Assembly (NCBI GenBank): GCA_964036045.1
Contig: OZ038378.1
Span: 77,872,001-77,936,000, forward strand
From: Eutreptiella sp. 'Long Island Sound 2002'
Taxonomy: Eukaryota > Protista > Euglenida
Direction of reading: 5' to 3'
Length of the DNA stretch: 64,000 nt
A program made the translations under genes and the position numbers. The notes below the pieces were generated by a model. The model was not told where the DNA came from, did not search any database, and was given only the letters and a program-made list of their open reading frames with translations. Below are positions 61,361 to 64,000 of the stretch, piece by piece (position 1 is the stretch's first letter; every line of letters starts with the position of its first letter).

Positions 61361-62009
61361 GGGCGTGGAGAGCATGACCCCCGCCCGGGATACATCAGAG
61401 GAATCGGTTCAGTGGGGCCATCGGGTTAGTGTCCGCACTCTATAGCACGGGTTGTTCGGCTGCCAAGGCTGGCCCGCATTCGTTGGCGGCCGCTGCACAA
61501 GTCGGGTAGCCCAGTGCCACTCTCGCCGGTGCGCCCAATCGACAGGCGTCCGCGGGGTGCGCTGCGCGGCTGTGCGTCGTCGCGGTTTGCGGGGGGCCCT
61601 CCCGGGCAAGGGTGGCCTGCCCGGGGTCGTCACGGCTTATGGCTGGACTGTCAGCCGCTGGTTTGACGCCCATCGTCGGGGCCTCTGGTGGGCTGAGGCG
61701 GTCCCAGGGGTGCCGAATTGCCTCCCCATCAGCGGGTGACCATCATGGGGCCCGTGTCACGGGTGCGCGGCGGTGTGTTGTCTCGTATCGGCCCAGCAGT
61801 GCCCCTCTGGTTCTTGGAGGGTCCTCTGGCCGGTCGCCGCGACTTATGGGGTGCGGATAGCCGCCGGTGTGGTGCCCTTCCACTGCCGGTGACCAATTGC
61901 AGCGGGCAGGGCCTGCGTGTGCCGTGCTGCATGGGGTGCGGCAGTCCCGATGGTGTCGCCTCGCTTGTTCGTGGGGGCGTGTTCCCGGTTTCGGCTCGCG
62001 GTGAGTTAG

Positions 62010-62960
62010 GGCCCTGGGGGGTTCCCAAGAGGTTGCACGAGGGCGCTGCAGAGGGCACTGAGGATCTCGTGCACAAGGGCTCCGTGCGTTGCTTGGGCTT
62101 CCGTCTCAGTGCGGATGGTGGGCAGCAGTCTTCCGCCCAGCGCTAGCGCCCGGATCTGGTGGATCGCGAAAACGGGGCACAGGTTCCCGTAGCGGGGGTC
62201 TCCGTCGTTCGCTCGTGCTGGCAGATGGCCTCCAGTTGCTGTCGGCCGTCCTGGTGGAACCTCCACGTCGCCGACCATTCCTCCGTGTGTGGCCAGCGGC
62301 GCTGAGCCCACCGCCAGAGGCAGTAGAGGGCATGCCCCGGGTGGCAGCTCTCGGTTTCACCTGACACGACAGCCGTCAGGAGGTCTCGGGGTTGGTTTTG
62401 GGGCAGGCGGGTGAGGCCGTCTGGCAGGGCTGCGCTCGCTGGGAGCATGGAGTCGACGGCTTCCAGGCTCCACTGGCACTCCTGCAGGTGCGGGGTGTTC
62501 CGCACCTGGTAGTAGGGGCCACTTTCCAACACGATCATGGAGATGGTGCTGGGGGCATCTTCGCGTCGTGGGGGTCCAGCGCGTGCCGTCTCCGCCACTG
62601 GTGGCTATCACTCCACCATGTCCCTGAGGTTGCGCCCCCTGTCCGGGGCTGTCCTGCTATCCCAGTCCGCCAGTCCATTGTACGGTGGGACGTTGAGGGC
62701 GTTAGCCCTCGGTTGTGGGGCGGCCCGTTCCCGGCCCCCGGTGCTTGGCGCGGGCCTGGGCTCTGTCGGCGGCGCAACGAGCGTGTGCGCCCAGCCCAGG
62801 TGCGGGACCCACGCGCCTCCCTGGTCCGACTGGTTGAAGTGGAACCACCACATCCAGGCGTTGACGAGGTCGTCCACGATCTGCATCCCGAGCTGACGAG
62901 TGCCTGGAGCTGCCGCACTGAGATGTCGGTGGCTGCGGCGCTCGGGAGGGGGACCATGGT
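62010..62960 (-). pseudogene. Ulp1/C48-like cysteine protease domain, frameshifted
   Basis: DISVRQLQAL / MQIVDDLVNAWMWWF...WVPHLGWAHTL; MIVLESGPYYQV (P codon CCC, one base from His); EAVDSML; RQQ...NLCPVFAIHQI. These give the H-D-C order. Confidence 0.55.
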
Positions 62961-64000
62961 GAAAAGCCTGTTTGGGTTGGCATCCTGGAGGTGTCTCCGG
63001 AGGGCTGCCACCAGCTCGCACGGGGGTGTGTTGGCGTGGATGTCGTAGATTGCCTTCAGTTCCTCTCAGTTATGGTGGTCTGGGGGGTTTGGGGGGGCAT
63101 GCCCTCCCGGTCCTCGTCCGGTGTGGTGCCAGCTGGGGAGGGGTTCCCTTGGGCGGTGTCAGGGTGTTCCTCAGGTACACCCCCTGTGGAGGCCTTTTGT
63201 TGCGGGGACGTGGGATGGAACGCAGTGGTGGGCGGGGGGCCATCGGACTCCTGAAGGCCGGAGGCCTCTGTGATTTCTTCGTCTGCTCCCGGGCCGCCTG
63301 CGCCGTGCACTTGCTGTTGTGGTGTGTCCCTCGTGTCCCGGTGGTTTGGCTGCGTCACAGCTCTCGGGGAGTCATGGGGTGCCGTTTGCCTTGGGGGCTC
63401 CGGGACCTCTTCGGACCGTGGTCGCCGGTTCCTGAGGCGTGTCCCTGGGAGCCCGGGGACCCAGGGATGGGCCAGATGTTGTGCCTCCGCATGGCTGCAC
63501 GGACGCGGAGGGCCGCGCGTTGGTGCCGCAGCCACTGTAGCCCCTTCATTTCATCTGAACTATTGGTCCCCATATGCGCCATGAGCCAGGTGGCCACGTA
63601 GTGCCACTGGCTGGGGTGGTTCATGGTGGCGGAGGGTGAGAGCCGTGCTGCCCGATGGCCGAAGGCAACGTCCGCCATGGTGCGGGTTCCATCCTTGAGG
63701 TGGCGTGAAGTAGGCAGCCATCAGATGCTGACTCCCAGGGCGAGCTGCTCCCCTGTGGTGGTCCTGGTGATCGACAGGTCCGGGTCGTGTGCAGCCGCCT
63801 GTTCCGCGTGGGTGTTGGGGCGGCGGGCGTCGCTTTCCGAGCGCGCTTAGTCCAGATGCCCCCGCCCCCAGGCTGGGATGGCCCACGATGGCTGTTCAGC
63901 GAGCTCGCTAGCGGTGATGGTGCCCGTCTCCAGACGCGTTTCGGCCCCTTGGGCGCTGTGCCGGGGCGGTTCGTCCGGGGTCTGGTCCGCTGCGCCGCTT

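Larger units (their letters stand above)
58152..64000 (-). mobile_element. LINE-like element with a (TACC)n 3' tail, internal tandem repeats and a Ulp1-like domain; no RT or APE seen in the window
   Basis: Tail at 58152-58167; 3' end shared with the truncated copy at 34 kb; GC-rich decayed minus-strand coding at 61.7-64 kb. Confidence 0.6.

Overview
Repeat-dense eukaryotic DNA with GT-AG introns; the lineage cannot be fixed from this window. It is a mosaic of decayed mobile elements. No rRNA, tRNA or CRISPR array is evident, and there is at most one host-like exon fragment (~35.2-35.4 kb). Main components: (1) the 3' part of a RAG1/Transib-like DDE transposon (1-2280); (2) a degenerate ORF with PHD-like fingers (~4.8-6.0 kb); (3) a DNA element with a DDE transposase and a cargo ORF (~9.2-15.4 kb); (4) a ~9.5 kb minus-strand LINE with APE, RT, probable RNase H and a long C-terminus (~16.3-25.8 kb); (5) a second, TIR-complete RAG1/Transib-like element (36031-39500); (6) a Ty3/Gypsy chromodomain LTR retrotransposon with very long LTRs (39895 to at least 55718); (7) a minus-strand LINE-like element with a (TACC)n tail and a Ulp1-like protease (58152 to the window end), with a 5'-truncated copy at 34.0-34.3 kb. 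The most striking observation is that the Gypsy pol carries a phage-Dam/DIRS-type DNA adenine-methyltransferase-like domain between protease and RT (~47.6-48.05 kb), with a divergent catalytic motif. All domain calls come from motif reading by eye and need HMM or structure confirmation.
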